A stretch of 64,000 nucleotides of DNA from Deltaproteobacteria bacterium (GTDB lineage: Bacteria; Desulfobacterota; Syntrophia; Syntrophales; UBA2210): assembly GCA_019313385.1 (NCBI GenBank), contig JAFDBG010000002.1:4202-68201 (forward strand). Direction: 5' to 3'. A program made the translations under genes and the position numbers. The stretch's first letter is position 1; each line of letters starts with the position of its first letter. Under the pieces are notes generated by a model that did no database searches, was not told where the DNA came from, and saw only the letters and a list, made by a program, of their open reading frames with translations. Positions 18,520 through 28,572 of this stretch are shown piece by piece.

Positions 18520-20628
18520 ATGAGTGAAGCATTTAAAACAACCTTTGCGGGAAGGGATGTGTCTGTAAAGACGAACTATCTCGCAGGGCAGGCGGATGGA
18601 TCCGCATTGGTTACATATGGCGATACAGTTGTTCTCGTAACAGCGGTATCACTTAAATCCAAAAGAGAGGGGCTGGATTTTCTGCCCCTGACGGTAGACT
18701 ATCAGGAGAAGACCTTTGCCGCGGGGAAGATCCCCGGCGGATTTTTCAAGAGAGAGGCGCGCCAAAACGAGAAGGAGATCCTTACCTCGAGAATTATTGA
18801 CCGGTCGATACGCCCCCTTTTCCCCGAGGGGTATGTTCATGAAACCCAGATAGTCGCAACGGTTCTTTCAGTTGATGCTGAAAATGATTCCGACATCGTG
18901 GCCATGCTTGGAGCCTCCGCAGCCCTTTGTATGTCCGACATACCATTCAAGGGACCTATCGCGGGAGTTAGAGTGGGAAGAGTGGATGGAAAACTGGCGT
19001 GCAATCCTTCTACCGGCGAGATGGGCGAGAGCGATCTGGACCTGTTCCTTGTTGGAAGAAAGGTGCCTTCCGCTGATGGAAAGAGAGACTTTGATGTCAA
19101 TCTCATCATGCTGGAGGGAGGCGCAAGTGAAATTCCTGAAGATGAAATACTCGATGCCATCAGCTTCGGGCTTGAAGCAATGAGGCCCGCCATTGAGCTT
19201 CAGGACACTATCTGCCAGGCAGTGGGCAAGGCTAAGAGAGCGTTCGAACCTGATGAGATCAGTGAGGAACTCCAGCAGAGGGTCAGAGATGTTGCCTATG
19301 ACGGGCTCAAGGAGGCCTACCTCGAGGGGAGAAAACTGGAGAGGTACGCACAGAGGGACGAAGTCAAGAAAAAGATGATTGCAGAGCTGAGCCAGGAGGA
19401 AGCCGGACTTGACCCAAAGGCCAGAGGCGTCTTTGAAGATCTGGAGCGTGAAATCATCCGCAACATGATCATGGTGGAAGGGAGAAGGATAGACGGCAGA
19501 TCCAGCAAGGATATCAGGACGATTACGTCCGAAGTCGGTATCCTTCCCAGGGCGCACGGCTCCGGGCTGTTCACGAGAGGCGAAACTCAGGCCCTTGTTG
19601 CCCTTACGCTGGGGACATCCTCGGATGAGCAGAGGCTGGATTTCATAGGCGGGGAAGAGATGAGGTCTTTCATACTTCACTACAATTTTCCCCCTTACTC
19701 AGTAGGAGAGGCCAAGTTCCTGAGAGGACCCGGAAGAAGAGAGATCGGGCACGGAGCCCTTGCCAGGAGGGCGTTGCTTCCACTCCTTCCGTCACATGAA
19801 GAATTTCCATATACCATCCGGCTTGTTTCCGAGATATTATCCTCAAATGGTTCATCTTCCATGGCAACTGTATGCGGAGGTTGTCTCGCGCTTATGGATG
19901 GTGGCGTTCCGGTCAAAGATACTGTTGCCGGCATCGCGATGGGGCTTTTGAAGGAAGGCGATGAAGTCGTGATCCTTTCGGATATTCTCGGAGATGAGGA
20001 TCACGCGGGAGATATGGACTTTAAGGTATGTGGCACAAAGAAGGGTATAACCGCTCTGCAGATGGATATAAAAGTTGACAGGCTTGCGGAGGATATACTG
20101 AAAAATGCCCTTTATCAGGCCAGAGAGGGCAGAGAATTCATTATTGGCAAACTGAATGAGACTATGACCACCCCCAGGGAAGGCCTTTCCGCGTATTCCC
20201 CGAGGATTACCACTATGACGGTAAAGCAGGAGAAGATAAGAGACGTCATAGGCTCCGGAGGAAAGAATATCAGGGGGATTATAAGCGAAACAGGCGTGTC
20301 TATGAACGTGGATGATGATGGCACAGTCACTATAGCCTCCAGCGATGCACAGTCATCGGAAAGGGCGGTCGCCATGGTCAGGGCACTGACTGAAGAGCCC
20401 GAAATTGGCAGAATTTACGAAGGCACGGTGAAAAAGGTCCTCGATTTCGGAGCCTTTGTGGAGATATTGCCCGGCACGGATGGACTTGTGCACATATCCC
20501 AGTTAGACAACAAAAGGGTGGAAAAGGTTACAGACGTGCTTAATGAAGGCGACACGGTTCGCGTCAAGGTTATCGATATTGACAGAAGTGGAAAGATAAG
20601 GCTGAGCAGGAAGGATGCCCTTGAATAA
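18520..20628 (+). CDS. pnp: Polyribonucleotide nucleotidyltransferase (PNPase)
   Basis: 702 aa with two RNase PH domains, a KH domain ([11 protein letters not shown]) and an S1 domain ([20 protein letters not shown]). Confidence 0.97.
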   Translation: MSEAFKTTFAGRDVSVKTNYLAGQADGSALVTYGDTVVLVTAVSLKSKREGLDFLPLTVDYQEKTFAAGKIPGGFFKREARQNEKEILTSRIIDRSIRPLFPEGYVHETQIVATVLSVDAENDSDIVAMLGASAALCMSDIPFKGPIAGVRVGRVDGKLACNPSTGEMGESDLDLFLVGRKVPSADGKRDFDVNLIMLEGGASEIPEDEILDAISFGLEAMRPAIELQDTICQAVGKAKRAFEPDEISEELQQRVRDVAYDGLKEAYLEGRKLERYAQRDEVKKKMIAELSQEEAGLDPKARGVFEDLEREIIRNMIMVEGRRIDGRSSKDIRTITSEVGILPRAHGSGLFTRGETQALVALTLGTSSDEQRLDFIGGEEMRSFILHYNFPPYSVGEAKFLRGPGRREIGHGALARRALLPLLPSHEEFPYTIRLVSEILSSNGSSSMATVCGGCLALMDGGVPVKDTVAGIAMGLLKEGDEVVILSDILGDEDHAGDMDFKVCGTKKGITALQMDIKVDRLAEDILKNALYQAREGREFIIGKLNETMTTPREGLSAYSPRITTMTVKQEKIRDVIGSGGKNIRGIISETGVSMNVDDDGTVTIASSDAQSSERAVAMVRALTEEPEIGRIYEGTVKKVLDFGAFVEILPGTDGLVHISQLDNKRVEKVTDVLNEGDTVRVKVIDIDRSGKIRLSRKDALE

Positions 20629-21067
20629 CAAAGTGGCAATTTCTGTTAAAAGACTGCACGGCAAGGATATATCCCTCCCCCGTTATATGACGGAGAACTC
20701 GGCGGGGATGGATATATCCGCGGCGATGGATGGCGAGGAAACCCTGCTGCCCGGCGAGAGAAGACTGATACCCACGGGCATCGCCATTGCGCTGCCCCCC
20801 GGTTATGAAGCCCAGATAAGGCCGAGGAGCGGGCTGGCAGTGGAGGCGGGTATCACCGTGTTGAACTCCCCCGGCACTATAGACGCGGACTATCGGGGAG
20901 AGGTGAAGATCCTGATAATCAATCATGGAGACAAACCCTTTGCCGTGAAAAGGGGTGATCGTATTGCCCAGATGGTTATCCACAAGATATACAGAGCTTC
21001 ATGGAATATGACCGACAACCTGGAGATTACAGAGCGGGGAGATGGTGGATTCGGTCATACAGGATAA
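20615..21067 (+). CDS. dut: dUTP diphosphatase
   Basis: Motifs [25 protein letters not shown] and [10 protein letters not shown]. Confidence 0.93.
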   Translation: MPLNNKVAISVKRLHGKDISLPRYMTENSAGMDISAAMDGEETLLPGERRLIPTGIAIALPPGYEAQIRPRSGLAVEAGITVLNSPGTIDADYRGEVKILIINHGDKPFAVKRGDRIAQMVIHKIYRASWNMTDNLEITERGDGGFGHTG

Positions 21068-21118
21068 ACATGACGATCCGCGTAGTTTTTGAGAGATTCG
21101 GCTGATTTGACGCTAAAA

Positions 21119-21149
21119 CCCCTGTCCGTTGCAATGGCAGGGGTTTTTT
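21119..21149 (+). terminator. Rho-independent terminator after dut
   Basis: CCCCTGTCC-GTTGCAAT-GGCAGGGG stem-loop followed by TTTTTT. Confidence 0.85.
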
Positions 21150-21205
21150 ATTTGTCTTATTTACTTATTTAGTGTATTGCCCAATGCTATATGCGAGGGA
21201 TAACA

Positions 21206-22381
21206 ATGAAGAAACACAAAGTAAATAAAACATACCGGGAAATAAATGAGAAGATAAAAGAAGGCAGGGCCGTAGTTGTCACCGCGGAAGAGATCATAGA
21301 TATTGTGGAGAAGAAGGGAGACATTGCGGCTGCCAGAGAGATAGATGTTGTAACTACCGGAACCTTCAGCCCCATGTGTTCATCGGGTGCATTTCTTAAT
21401 TTCGGTCACACCTCCCCCAAGATAAGGGCCTCAAAGGTATGGATCAACGATGTTCCGGCTTATGGCGGTATTGCCGCAGTGGATTGCTATATCGGAGCCA
21501 CCGAGGTGGTTGAAGGGGATCCGCTCAACAGCATACATCCCGGCGAGTTTAATTACGGCGGAGGGCATGTCCTGGAAGATCTGGTTGCGGGGAAGGTTGT
21601 CCGACTGCGCCTTGAATCCTACGGCACCGACTGCTATCCCGCCCGGAGGCATGAAAAGAACATCACGATACATGATCTCAGGGACGCTGTGCTTTTCAAT
21701 CCCAGAAACGCCTATCAGAATTACAATTGTGCAACGAACATGTCTGACCGGACAATCTACACCTATATGGGTGTGTTGAGACCCGACATGGCAAACGCTA
21801 CCTATGCCACATCAGGACAGTTAAGTCCCCTTCTGAATGATCCTTATTTTAAGACCATCGGCATAGGTACAAGGATATTTCTTGGCGGCGCCCAGGGGTT
21901 TGTGGCCTGGCCGGGCACTCAGCACAATGCGGATGTGCTGAGGGGCGGGAACGGTGTTCCGAAAGAAGGAGCTGGAACACTGGCGACCATAGGAAACCTG
22001 AAGGATATGAGTTCGAAGTGGCTGGTGGGGGCAAGCATGCTCGGTTATGGTGTGTCCCTTTATGTGGGGATAGGAGTGCCAATACCGATACTTAACGAAG
22101 AGATGGTGCGGTATACTGCCGTCAGAGATGAAGATATATACGCGCAGGTCTACGACTATGGGGTTGATTATCCCAACGGAATTTCAAAGAGCATCGGCGA
22201 GACAAACTATAAAGAGCTGAGAAGCGGCAAGATAAAACTTGATGGCAGGGTTATTCCTACCGCGCCCATGTCCAGCTATTATAAGGCAAGAGAAATCGCC
22301 AATATCCTTAAAGACTGGATTGAAAAGGGAGATTTTCTTCTGGGTGAGCCTCAACAGATTCTCCCTTCCAGCGGTTCCTGA
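21206..22381 (+). CDS. COG1900/DUF39 homocysteine-biosynthesis protein (MA1821/MJ0100 type, no CBS domains)
   Basis: KTYREINEKIKEGRAVVVTAEEIIDIV and IDVVTTGTFSPMCSSGAFLNFGH are typical of DUF39 as I recall it. Start set at ATG 21206. Confidence 0.8.
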   Translation: MKKHKVNKTYREINEKIKEGRAVVVTAEEIIDIVEKKGDIAAAREIDVVTTGTFSPMCSSGAFLNFGHTSPKIRASKVWINDVPAYGGIAAVDCYIGATEVVEGDPLNSIHPGEFNYGGGHVLEDLVAGKVVRLRLESYGTDCYPARRHEKNITIHDLRDAVLFNPRNAYQNYNCATNMSDRTIYTYMGVLRPDMANATYATSGQLSPLLNDPYFKTIGIGTRIFLGGAQGFVAWPGTQHNADVLRGGNGVPKEGAGTLATIGNLKDMSSKWLVGASMLGYGVSLYVGIGVPIPILNEEMVRYTAVRDEDIYAQVYDYGVDYPNGISKSIGETNYKELRSGKIKLDGRVIPTAPMSSYYKAREIANILKDWIEKGDFLLGEPQQILPSSGS

Positions 22382-22766
22382 CAACGAAGCATGATGCACC
22401 GATCTTGCAAAGTAGCCGTCAATCATTAATGAAAACAATGTTTTTCCGGTGAAAATGACCATTTTTTACTTGTATAGAAAAACAGAAGCAATGTATAGTG
22501 GGCAAAGGCTTTATCATGCCGAATTGTTATAGTCGACATACCGGACACCGCAATAAAGTATGCCGACTATCGACGGGATATAGACAATTTTCTTTATTGT
22601 TAACGAGTTAGAGATTATATTAGGAATGTTTGTTCTGTTTCTGACAATAGCTGAAGGTTTTCGCAATATTTGTGGCGTGGTATGCATGGACTGAAGATCC
22701 ATGTGGCATGTTTGTTGTTCGTTCAGGGGGAGGAACCGTTGTCCTTTAGGGGAAGGGAGTCTCTGT

Positions 22767-23033
22767 ATGAAGATCGGTAAGTTTCTGCTCGGAATTTTCA
22801 TTATCATAGTGTTTTTTATAATCTTTGGGAACAGAGGATTTACAGATTATCGTATGTTGAAGGAAAAACAGGCGGCGCTGGGCGAGACTAATGAATGTAT
22901 CGCGGCTGAGAATGATGAGCTGAAAAGAAAGATAACGTTGCTCAAGACCGATCTGCGCCACGTTGAGACAGTAGCGAGAAGAGAACTCGGAATGGTGAAA
23001 CAGGGCGATATAGTTTATCAGTTTATTGACTGA
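22767..23033 (+). CDS. ftsB: Septum formation initiator (FtsB/DivIC family)
   Basis: ATG 22767 after GGAAGGGAG. Single TM, a coiled coil, and VETVARRELGMVKQGDIVYQF. Confidence 0.8.
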   Translation: MKIGKFLLGIFIIIVFFIIFGNRGFTDYRMLKEKQAALGETNECIAAENDELKRKITLLKTDLRHVETVARRELGMVKQGDIVYQFID

Positions 23034-23052
23034 TGGAAAGTGGACAAACCGT

Positions 23053-24120
23053 ATGCTCTCAGTAAAAAATCTATTTTCCAGAAGCAGAAAGACCGCCGGA
23101 ATCGATATAGGTTCAAGCCTTATCAAACTTGTTGAGCTGCGGGAAACCTCAGAAGGGTACGTTCTGCACAAGTTTGCGCAGGTGCCTCTGGAGATGGGCG
23201 TCATAGAGGGTGGTTTCGTCAAGGATCACGACACCCTTGTTAAGAAAATAAAGGAGCTTTTTAATGTGTCCCGCTGCGGGGCAAAGAATGTCGTAACCGC
23301 TCTCTCCGGGCATGTCGTCATGATTAAGAAAGCCGGTTTCCGGAAAATGGAAGATGAGGAACTGCGTGAATTTATAATCGATGAAGCCGGGGAATATATG
23401 CCTTTCGACAACATCGGAGATATCAACTTTGATTTTCACATATGCGGGGAGCAAGGCCTGGATCCCAGTCAGATGGAAGTCATCATCGCTGCCGCGAAAA
23501 AGGATGTTACTGAAAGTTATGTCTCCGCGATCGAGAAGACGGGACGAAAAGTGACGATAATAGACGTCGATTCCTTCGCCCTGGAGACAGCCTATGAGGA
23601 AAACTATGAGTTTGATGCCGAGGATACAATTGCCCTGGTGAATATCGGCGCGAGCATGACCAATATCAATATTATCAAGGACGGGGAGTCTGTTTTTACA
23701 AGAAATATCCTGCTGGGCGGGAATTCCCTTACACAGGCCCTTCAAAAAAGACACGATGTTTCTTTTGAAGAAGCTGAACTGATAAAGCTTGAGGGGTCGG
23801 ACGATCCTGATAACATACAGGGAGAAGTTCTCAGCCATCTTGAACCCATTTTTCTGGAAATAGGGCGGTCTTTCGATTATTTCAGTTCAACGGCAACCGA
23901 GCCAAATATCAGTCATATTCTCGTCAGTGGTGGTTGCGCCGGAATTCCGGGCATAGTTGACACCATGAAAGAGAAGTTTCTTTGTGAAGTGGAAATATTC
24001 AATCCCTTTAAAAATATAGCCTTCGATAAAAATGTTTTCAGTCCGTCTTATATAAAGGATATAGGCACTGTCGCTACTGTAGGGATTGGCCTGGCCCTCA
24101 GGGGGGTAGAGAACAGATGA
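23053..24120 (+). CDS. pilM: Type IV pilus assembly protein PilM
   Basis: Actin-like ATPase fold start AGIDIGSSLIKLVEL; first gene of a pilMNOPQ series. Confidence 0.9.
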   Translation: MLSVKNLFSRSRKTAGIDIGSSLIKLVELRETSEGYVLHKFAQVPLEMGVIEGGFVKDHDTLVKKIKELFNVSRCGAKNVVTALSGHVVMIKKAGFRKMEDEELREFIIDEAGEYMPFDNIGDINFDFHICGEQGLDPSQMEVIIAAAKKDVTESYVSAIEKTGRKVTIIDVDSFALETAYEENYEFDAEDTIALVNIGASMTNINIIKDGESVFTRNILLGGNSLTQALQKRHDVSFEEAELIKLEGSDDPDNIQGEVLSHLEPIFLEIGRSFDYFSSTATEPNISHILVSGGCAGIPGIVDTMKEKFLCEVEIFNPFKNIAFDKNVFSPSYIKDIGTVATVGIGLALRGVENR

Positions 24121-24662
24121 TAAGAATCAACCTCCTCCCATATCGTGAAGAAAAAAAGAAGGCTGGCACCCAGCGTCAGGTCATCATCGGGCTGGTTTCT
24201 TTCGGAATCTTCTTCCTGCTGGCGGTCTCCCTCCACATCTATATGGTTATGAATATTGCAAAACTGGAAACCGAGGTCAAATCGGCGCGCGTCCAATTGG
24301 ATGCCCTTACAAAGGTGACTGGAGACCCGGAAAAATTCAAGGCAGATAAAGAAATATTGGAAAAAAAGATAGGGGTAATAAAAGACCTTGAAAAAAACAG
24401 GGCTTACCCGGTGCATCTCATGGATGAACTCGCTTCCAGGATTTCTCCCCAGAGTGCGTGGCTTAACAGCGTTGCGAAGAAGGACAATAACCTGCTAGTG
24501 GAGGGAGTGGCCGTCAATAATCCCGCCATAGCACAGTTTATGAAAAGACTTGAAGGGTCTCCCTATATCAAAACAGTGGACCTCATTTCGTCTAAACAGG
24601 CGGTTATCTCGGGAGTAAAACTGATGGGTTTTGTTCTCTTGTGTACGGCGGAAAAGGGATAA
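24117..24662 (+). CDS. pilN: Type IV pilus assembly protein PilN
   Basis: MIRINLLPYREEKKK followed by a single TM. ATGA overlap with pilM. Confidence 0.85.
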   Translation: MIRINLLPYREEKKKAGTQRQVIIGLVSFGIFFLLAVSLHIYMVMNIAKLETEVKSARVQLDALTKVTGDPEKFKADKEILEKKIGVIKDLEKNRAYPVHLMDELASRISPQSAWLNSVAKKDNNLLVEGVAVNNPAIAQFMKRLEGSPYIKTVDLISSKQAVISGVKLMGFVLLCTAEKG

Positions 24663-24665
24663 TAA

Positions 24666-25265
24666 ATGGCGATAGGCCTGGATGACATAAAGAAACTGTC
24701 TCTCGGGAAAAAGCTGATGATAGGCCTTGGCCTGCTTCTCCTCCTGGGATATTTTTACGGGTTTTACCTTCTGCAACCCGCCTTAGAAAAGAAGGCTAAA
24801 CTGGGTGAAGATCTGGAGAGCATCAATAGACAGATAGTGACAAGCCGGCGGGTAGCAGGGCAGATAAAACAGCATAAAAAAGAAATAGCCAAACTGGAGG
24901 GGACTCTGCAAATAATCCTGGCCAAGCTTCCGGAGCAAAAAGAAATTCCCCACCTTCTCACATCCGTCTCCGAAGCCGGGAGGGATGCGGGACTCGATTT
25001 TGTGCTTTTCGAGCCCATGTCCCCCCTTCCAAAGGAATTTTATGCCGAGATACCGGTAAAAATTGTGGTTGAGGGTAAGTATAATGATATCGCTGTTTTT
25101 TTTGACAGCGTGGCGAATCTTCCGCGCATAGCCAACATAACGGATGTTGAAATCAAAAGGGGAGAGAAAAGCGCCGGAGAAGATATCCTTAAGGCCTACT
25201 GTTCGATGAAGATATACATGTTTCTGGAAGAGACGAATGAAAAAAAAAAAAAAAAAAAGAAATAG
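24666..25265 (+). CDS. pilO: Type IV pilus assembly protein PilO
   Basis: TM plus coiled coil plus a C-terminal domain, in the expected position. The C-terminal KKKKKKK is encoded by the A19 tract. Confidence 0.85.
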   Translation: MAIGLDDIKKLSLGKKLMIGLGLLLLLGYFYGFYLLQPALEKKAKLGEDLESINRQIVTSRRVAGQIKQHKKEIAKLEGTLQIILAKLPEQKEIPHLLTSVSEAGRDAGLDFVLFEPMSPLPKEFYAEIPVKIVVEGKYNDIAVFFDSVANLPRIANITDVEIKRGEKSAGEDILKAYCSMKIYMFLEETNEKKKKKKK

Positions 25266-25755
25266 CCATCCGTTTAAATGGGTTGCGGCAGCGCTTGTTG
25301 TGCTGCTTTTCTTTCCTGTGACCGCCGTGGTGTATTGTGCCGGGCCGGGGGAGGCGAATGCTGAGACCTATAGATACAATCCAGAGGGAAAGGCGGATCC
25401 CTTCAAACCTTTCATCAAGATAGTGAAAAAGGGAAAGCCTGGGGGAAAAGCGCCGGGCACACAACTAATTGAAGGACAGGCCGCTTTCATCCCTCCCCTG
25501 CAGAGATTCGGAACGGGGCAGTTCCGTCTTACCGGTATTGTCCTGACCGGAAACAAAAGGATTGCCATGGTGGAAACCCCCGAAGGAAAACGTTATATCC
25601 TCCGCGAAGGGACCCACATAGGAGTAAATAAAGGCAGAGTGATAAAGATACTTTCTGACAATTTGATGGTATTGGAGAAGATAAAAGATTTTGAGGGAAA
25701 CACAAATATGGAACGTGTCATCCTTACACTTAGAAAAAATGGGGGAAATCCATGA
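25237..25755 (+). CDS. pilP: Type IV pilus assembly lipoprotein PilP
   Basis: Lies between pilO and pilQ. Signal peptide ending VVYCAG and beta-rich FRLTGIVLTGNKRIAMVETPEGKRYILREG. The stop overlaps the pilQ ATG. Confidence 0.75.
   Translation: MKKKKKKRNSHPFKWVAAALVVLLFFPVTAVVYCAGPGEANAETYRYNPEGKADPFKPFIKIVKKGKPGGKAPGTQLIEGQAAFIPPLQRFGTGQFRLTGIVLTGNKRIAMVETPEGKRYILREGTHIGVNKGRVIKILSDNLMVLEKIKDFEGNTNMERVILTLRKNGGNP
25240..25258 (+). repeat. Homopolymer A19 spanning the pilO 3' end and pilP codons 2-8
   Basis: Counted directly: 19 consecutive A starting immediately after the pilP ATG (25237-25239). Confidence 0.95.
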
Positions 25756-27494
25756 AGCCAGAGAGAAGAATCCTTTTCTTCGCCATTTCTTTCCTGACAG
25801 TCCTTCTGGTCCTGTACGGCTGTGCAACCGTCAGCAGTAAAACTCCCGCGGGAGTTTCTTCCGCGCAGGAAAAGGCTGGGGAAAATGCCGGCAGCGCCTA
25901 TATCAAGGGCGTGACCCTTGAAACGATGAAGGGAAAAGAGCAGGTATCCATCCTGCTTTCTGATGCCCCCGATTTTGACATATCAAGGGAATCGGGCAAT
26001 GCCCTGGTGATAAAGCTGCGGGGTGTATCTATCCCAGAGGGGATGGAAAAAGAATACAGCGGGGGAAAGCTGAGAAACCTAAAAGGGGTAACCCTTTATC
26101 AGAATACGACAAAGGGGGGAGACGAGGCATATGCCAGAGTACTCCTGAAAAGGATGGTTCCTTACAGATACAGGAAAGACGGCACAAAGGTAATTGTTGA
26201 TTTTGATGTCTCTACCCTGTCCTACGCAGCACCCCCCGCCGCGGAATATTCCCCGAAAGTCAACCCCGCACATGCGGCCCAGACCATAGAGATCACACCC
26301 GGGGAAGTCGACTTTGAGATCACGCACAGGGAAACCGACGCTCAGCCGGAAGAATGCGGCCAGTACACCGGTGAAAAAATGACTCTCGATTTCCAGGGCG
26401 CCGATATAAACAGCGTGTTCAGGCTGATATCGGAGATAAGCGGGTTCAGTATCATCGCGGGCCCGGGTGTAAAAGCCGAAGTGACGGCGCACATGAAAAA
26501 TGTCCCCTGGGATCAGGCCCTGGATACTATTCTGGAAGTAAACGCCCTCGGGAAGAAACAGTCGGGGAAGGTAATAACCGTTTTGCCTTTTGAGGAACTC
26601 AAGAAGGCCGAAGAGGAACAGCAGAAAAAAGATGTGACCCAGGGCAGTCTCAGGCAGATTGCGATAGAGGCAAAGATAGTAGAGGTAACGACCTCTTTTT
26701 CAAGAAAGCTTGGGGTTCAATGGGGTGCTGGTTTTAAAGGGAGCTGGAATGACAGGGATATTGCCATGGGGATAGGAAATTCATCTTCGGGTACTTTGAC
26801 CCTGCTTCCGCCAAGTGCTCCGAATGAAAAACCCGTGCTGCGCAGGATAGAGGGAATAGGATTGACAGGCAGCAGTGTTGCCGTAAATTTTCCTTCACTC
26901 ACGTCCGTTACCTCGCCGACACTCGGAATGCTGATTGGGACAAGCAAGTTGATTCTTGATGCCCAGCTGCAGGCGATGGAAGTTGGTGGCGATGGTAAGA
27001 TTATTTCATCTCCCAAGATTACAACGCTTGACGGGGAAGAAGCAAAGATATCGCAGGGGAAGGAAGTTCCTTACCTAGTTCCAGCTGCTGGCGACGAACC
27101 GACACATTCGGACTTCAAAGAAGTTGTTTTGGAATTGAAGGTAACCCCCACGATTACCCCCGATGAAAGGATTTCCATGGATATCTATGCCACGAATAAA
27201 GAATTGGATTGGGCAAATGCGGTCCTCGGTATGCCGGCTATAGATAAAAGCGAGGTCGATTCAAAAGTTGTAGTTAAAAATGGGGATACTATAGTGGTTG
27301 GCGGCATTTATAAAACTATAGAAACTGACAATACAGATGGTGTTCCCTGGCTTTCGAAGATACCAGCTCTGGGGTGGTTGTTCAAGACCGAGTCAAAAAT
27401 AAAACAGAAGAGGGAACTTTTGATTTTCATCACCCCAAGGATAATCGAGGCAGCGAATGCCGCCGAAAATTCCGGGAACACGATACTTGATTAA
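25752..27494 (+). CDS. pilQ: Type IV pilus secretin PilQ
   Basis: Signal/lipobox LVLYGCAT, an AMIN-like N-terminal region, and secretin C-terminus DGVPWLSKIPALGWLFK and RELLIFITPRII. Confidence 0.92.
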   Translation: MKPERRILFFAISFLTVLLVLYGCATVSSKTPAGVSSAQEKAGENAGSAYIKGVTLETMKGKEQVSILLSDAPDFDISRESGNALVIKLRGVSIPEGMEKEYSGGKLRNLKGVTLYQNTTKGGDEAYARVLLKRMVPYRYRKDGTKVIVDFDVSTLSYAAPPAAEYSPKVNPAHAAQTIEITPGEVDFEITHRETDAQPEECGQYTGEKMTLDFQGADINSVFRLISEISGFSIIAGPGVKAEVTAHMKNVPWDQALDTILEVNALGKKQSGKVITVLPFEELKKAEEEQQKKDVTQGSLRQIAIEAKIVEVTTSFSRKLGVQWGAGFKGSWNDRDIAMGIGNSSSGTLTLLPPSAPNEKPVLRRIEGIGLTGSSVAVNFPSLTSVTSPTLGMLIGTSKLILDAQLQAMEVGGDGKIISSPKITTLDGEEAKISQGKEVPYLVPAAGDEPTHSDFKEVVLELKVTPTITPDERISMDIYATNKELDWANAVLGMPAIDKSEVDSKVVVKNGDTIVVGGIYKTIETDNTDGVPWLSKIPALGWLFKTESKIKQKRELLIFITPRIIEAANAAENSGNTILD

Positions 27495-27584
27495 TTGTGG
27501 GAAGAAATGCCTTCAATGACCGGATGGGGAAAGTCTAAGATTTTTCAGTCGTAAAAACTCCTCCGGTCAGAGCAGGGGCATTCC

Positions 27585-27926
27585 TTATTCCTGACAGCCG
27601 TCAGGATACCCTGCCCTTACCGTGGTGTGAATCCCGCCCCTTACGTTGAATCTGCCGACAACTTCCACCTTCTTGGGGCATATCTTTTCCACAAAGTCTT
27701 TCAGGATGCTGTTTACCGCCTCTTCGTGAAAGATCCCCCTGTCGCGGTAGGAGTTCAGATATATCTTCAGAGACTTCAGTTCGACCAGAAACTCACCTGG
27801 CACATAGGTGATATTTATCTCCGCGAAGTCCGGTTGAGCGGTCATCGGGCAGAGACATGTAAACTCGGGGAATCGTATATCTACCTCGTAATCATGCTCT
27901 TTGTACTTGTTCTCTATTGCCTCCAT
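27585..27926 (-). CDS. queF: NADPH-dependent 7-cyano-7-deazaguanine (preQ0) reductase, unimodular type
   Basis: 113 aa with catalytic-Cys motif EFTCLCPMTAQPDFA. Confidence 0.92.
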   Translation of the reverse strand: MEAIENKYKEHDYEVDIRFPEFTCLCPMTAQPDFAEINITYVPGEFLVELKSLKIYLNSYRDRGIFHEEAVNSILKDFVEKICPKKVEVVGRFNVRGGIHTTVRAGYPDGCQE

Positions 27927-28524
27927 AAAACCTCACTAATATGTAACAGATCGGTGTGTCAAGAAGGGCTATTCCTATCTTGACAAGGTACTGGCTGAGA
28001 ATCATCACCCCTATTGCCGCCGGAGGGAACAGGCCCCAGAAGGCTATGGTTATGAACAGAACGGAATCGATCAGCTGGGAGCCAATCGTCGAAAGATTGT
28101 TTCTCAGCCACAGGTGCCTTCCACCGGTCTTCTTTCTCCACCAGTGAAACGCCCATACATCGTGCTTCTGGGACACTATATATGCTATCATGGACGCCAT
28201 TACTATCCTCGGCGTTGATCCAAGGATAATGTTGTATGCCTCCTGATGCTTCCAGAACCCGGCCGGCGGAAGCAACCTGCCCGCGAGTATCACAAGTACC
28301 ATGAACAGCGACATGTAAAACCCCATCATGACAAGATTGCCGGCGCTCTTTTTGCCCTCTACCTCCGCCACCACATCGGTGAAAAGGAAGGTAAGAGGAT
28401 AGAGAATGATCGCCGCGGGCAACACCAGCCCCCCCACTGTGATTATCTTGCACGCAAGAATATTTGCCAGAAGCAGGGAGCAGACAAAGAGATATTTTAT
28501 AAATTGAATATTTTGTGAAGTCAT
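27892..28524 (-). CDS. yhhQ: Queuosine-precursor transporter (YhhQ/VUT, DUF165 family)
   Basis: 210-aa, ~6-TM protein of YhhQ-like composition. Its 3' end overlaps the queF start by 35 nt. Confidence 0.82.
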   Translation of the reverse strand: MTSQNIQFIKYLFVCSLLLANILACKIITVGGLVLPAAIILYPLTFLFTDVVAEVEGKKSAGNLVMMGFYMSLFMVLVILAGRLLPPAGFWKHQEAYNIILGSTPRIVMASMIAYIVSQKHDVWAFHWWRKKTGGRHLWLRNNLSTIGSQLIDSVLFITIAFWGLFPPAAIGVMILSQYLVKIGIALLDTPICYILVRFYGGNREQVQRA

Positions 28525-28572
28525 ATAAAATTTCCATTGAAAGATATCTACAAATCAAATAAGGGTAAGAGC

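Noticed and set aside
22704-22718. Sigma54-like promoter TGGCATG-N4-TTGT upstream of ftsB.
   Set aside because: The near-invariant -12 GC is GT and the -24 element has T for C. No enhancer-binding-protein gene is nearby. It is kept only as a remark in the finding on the ftsB leader.
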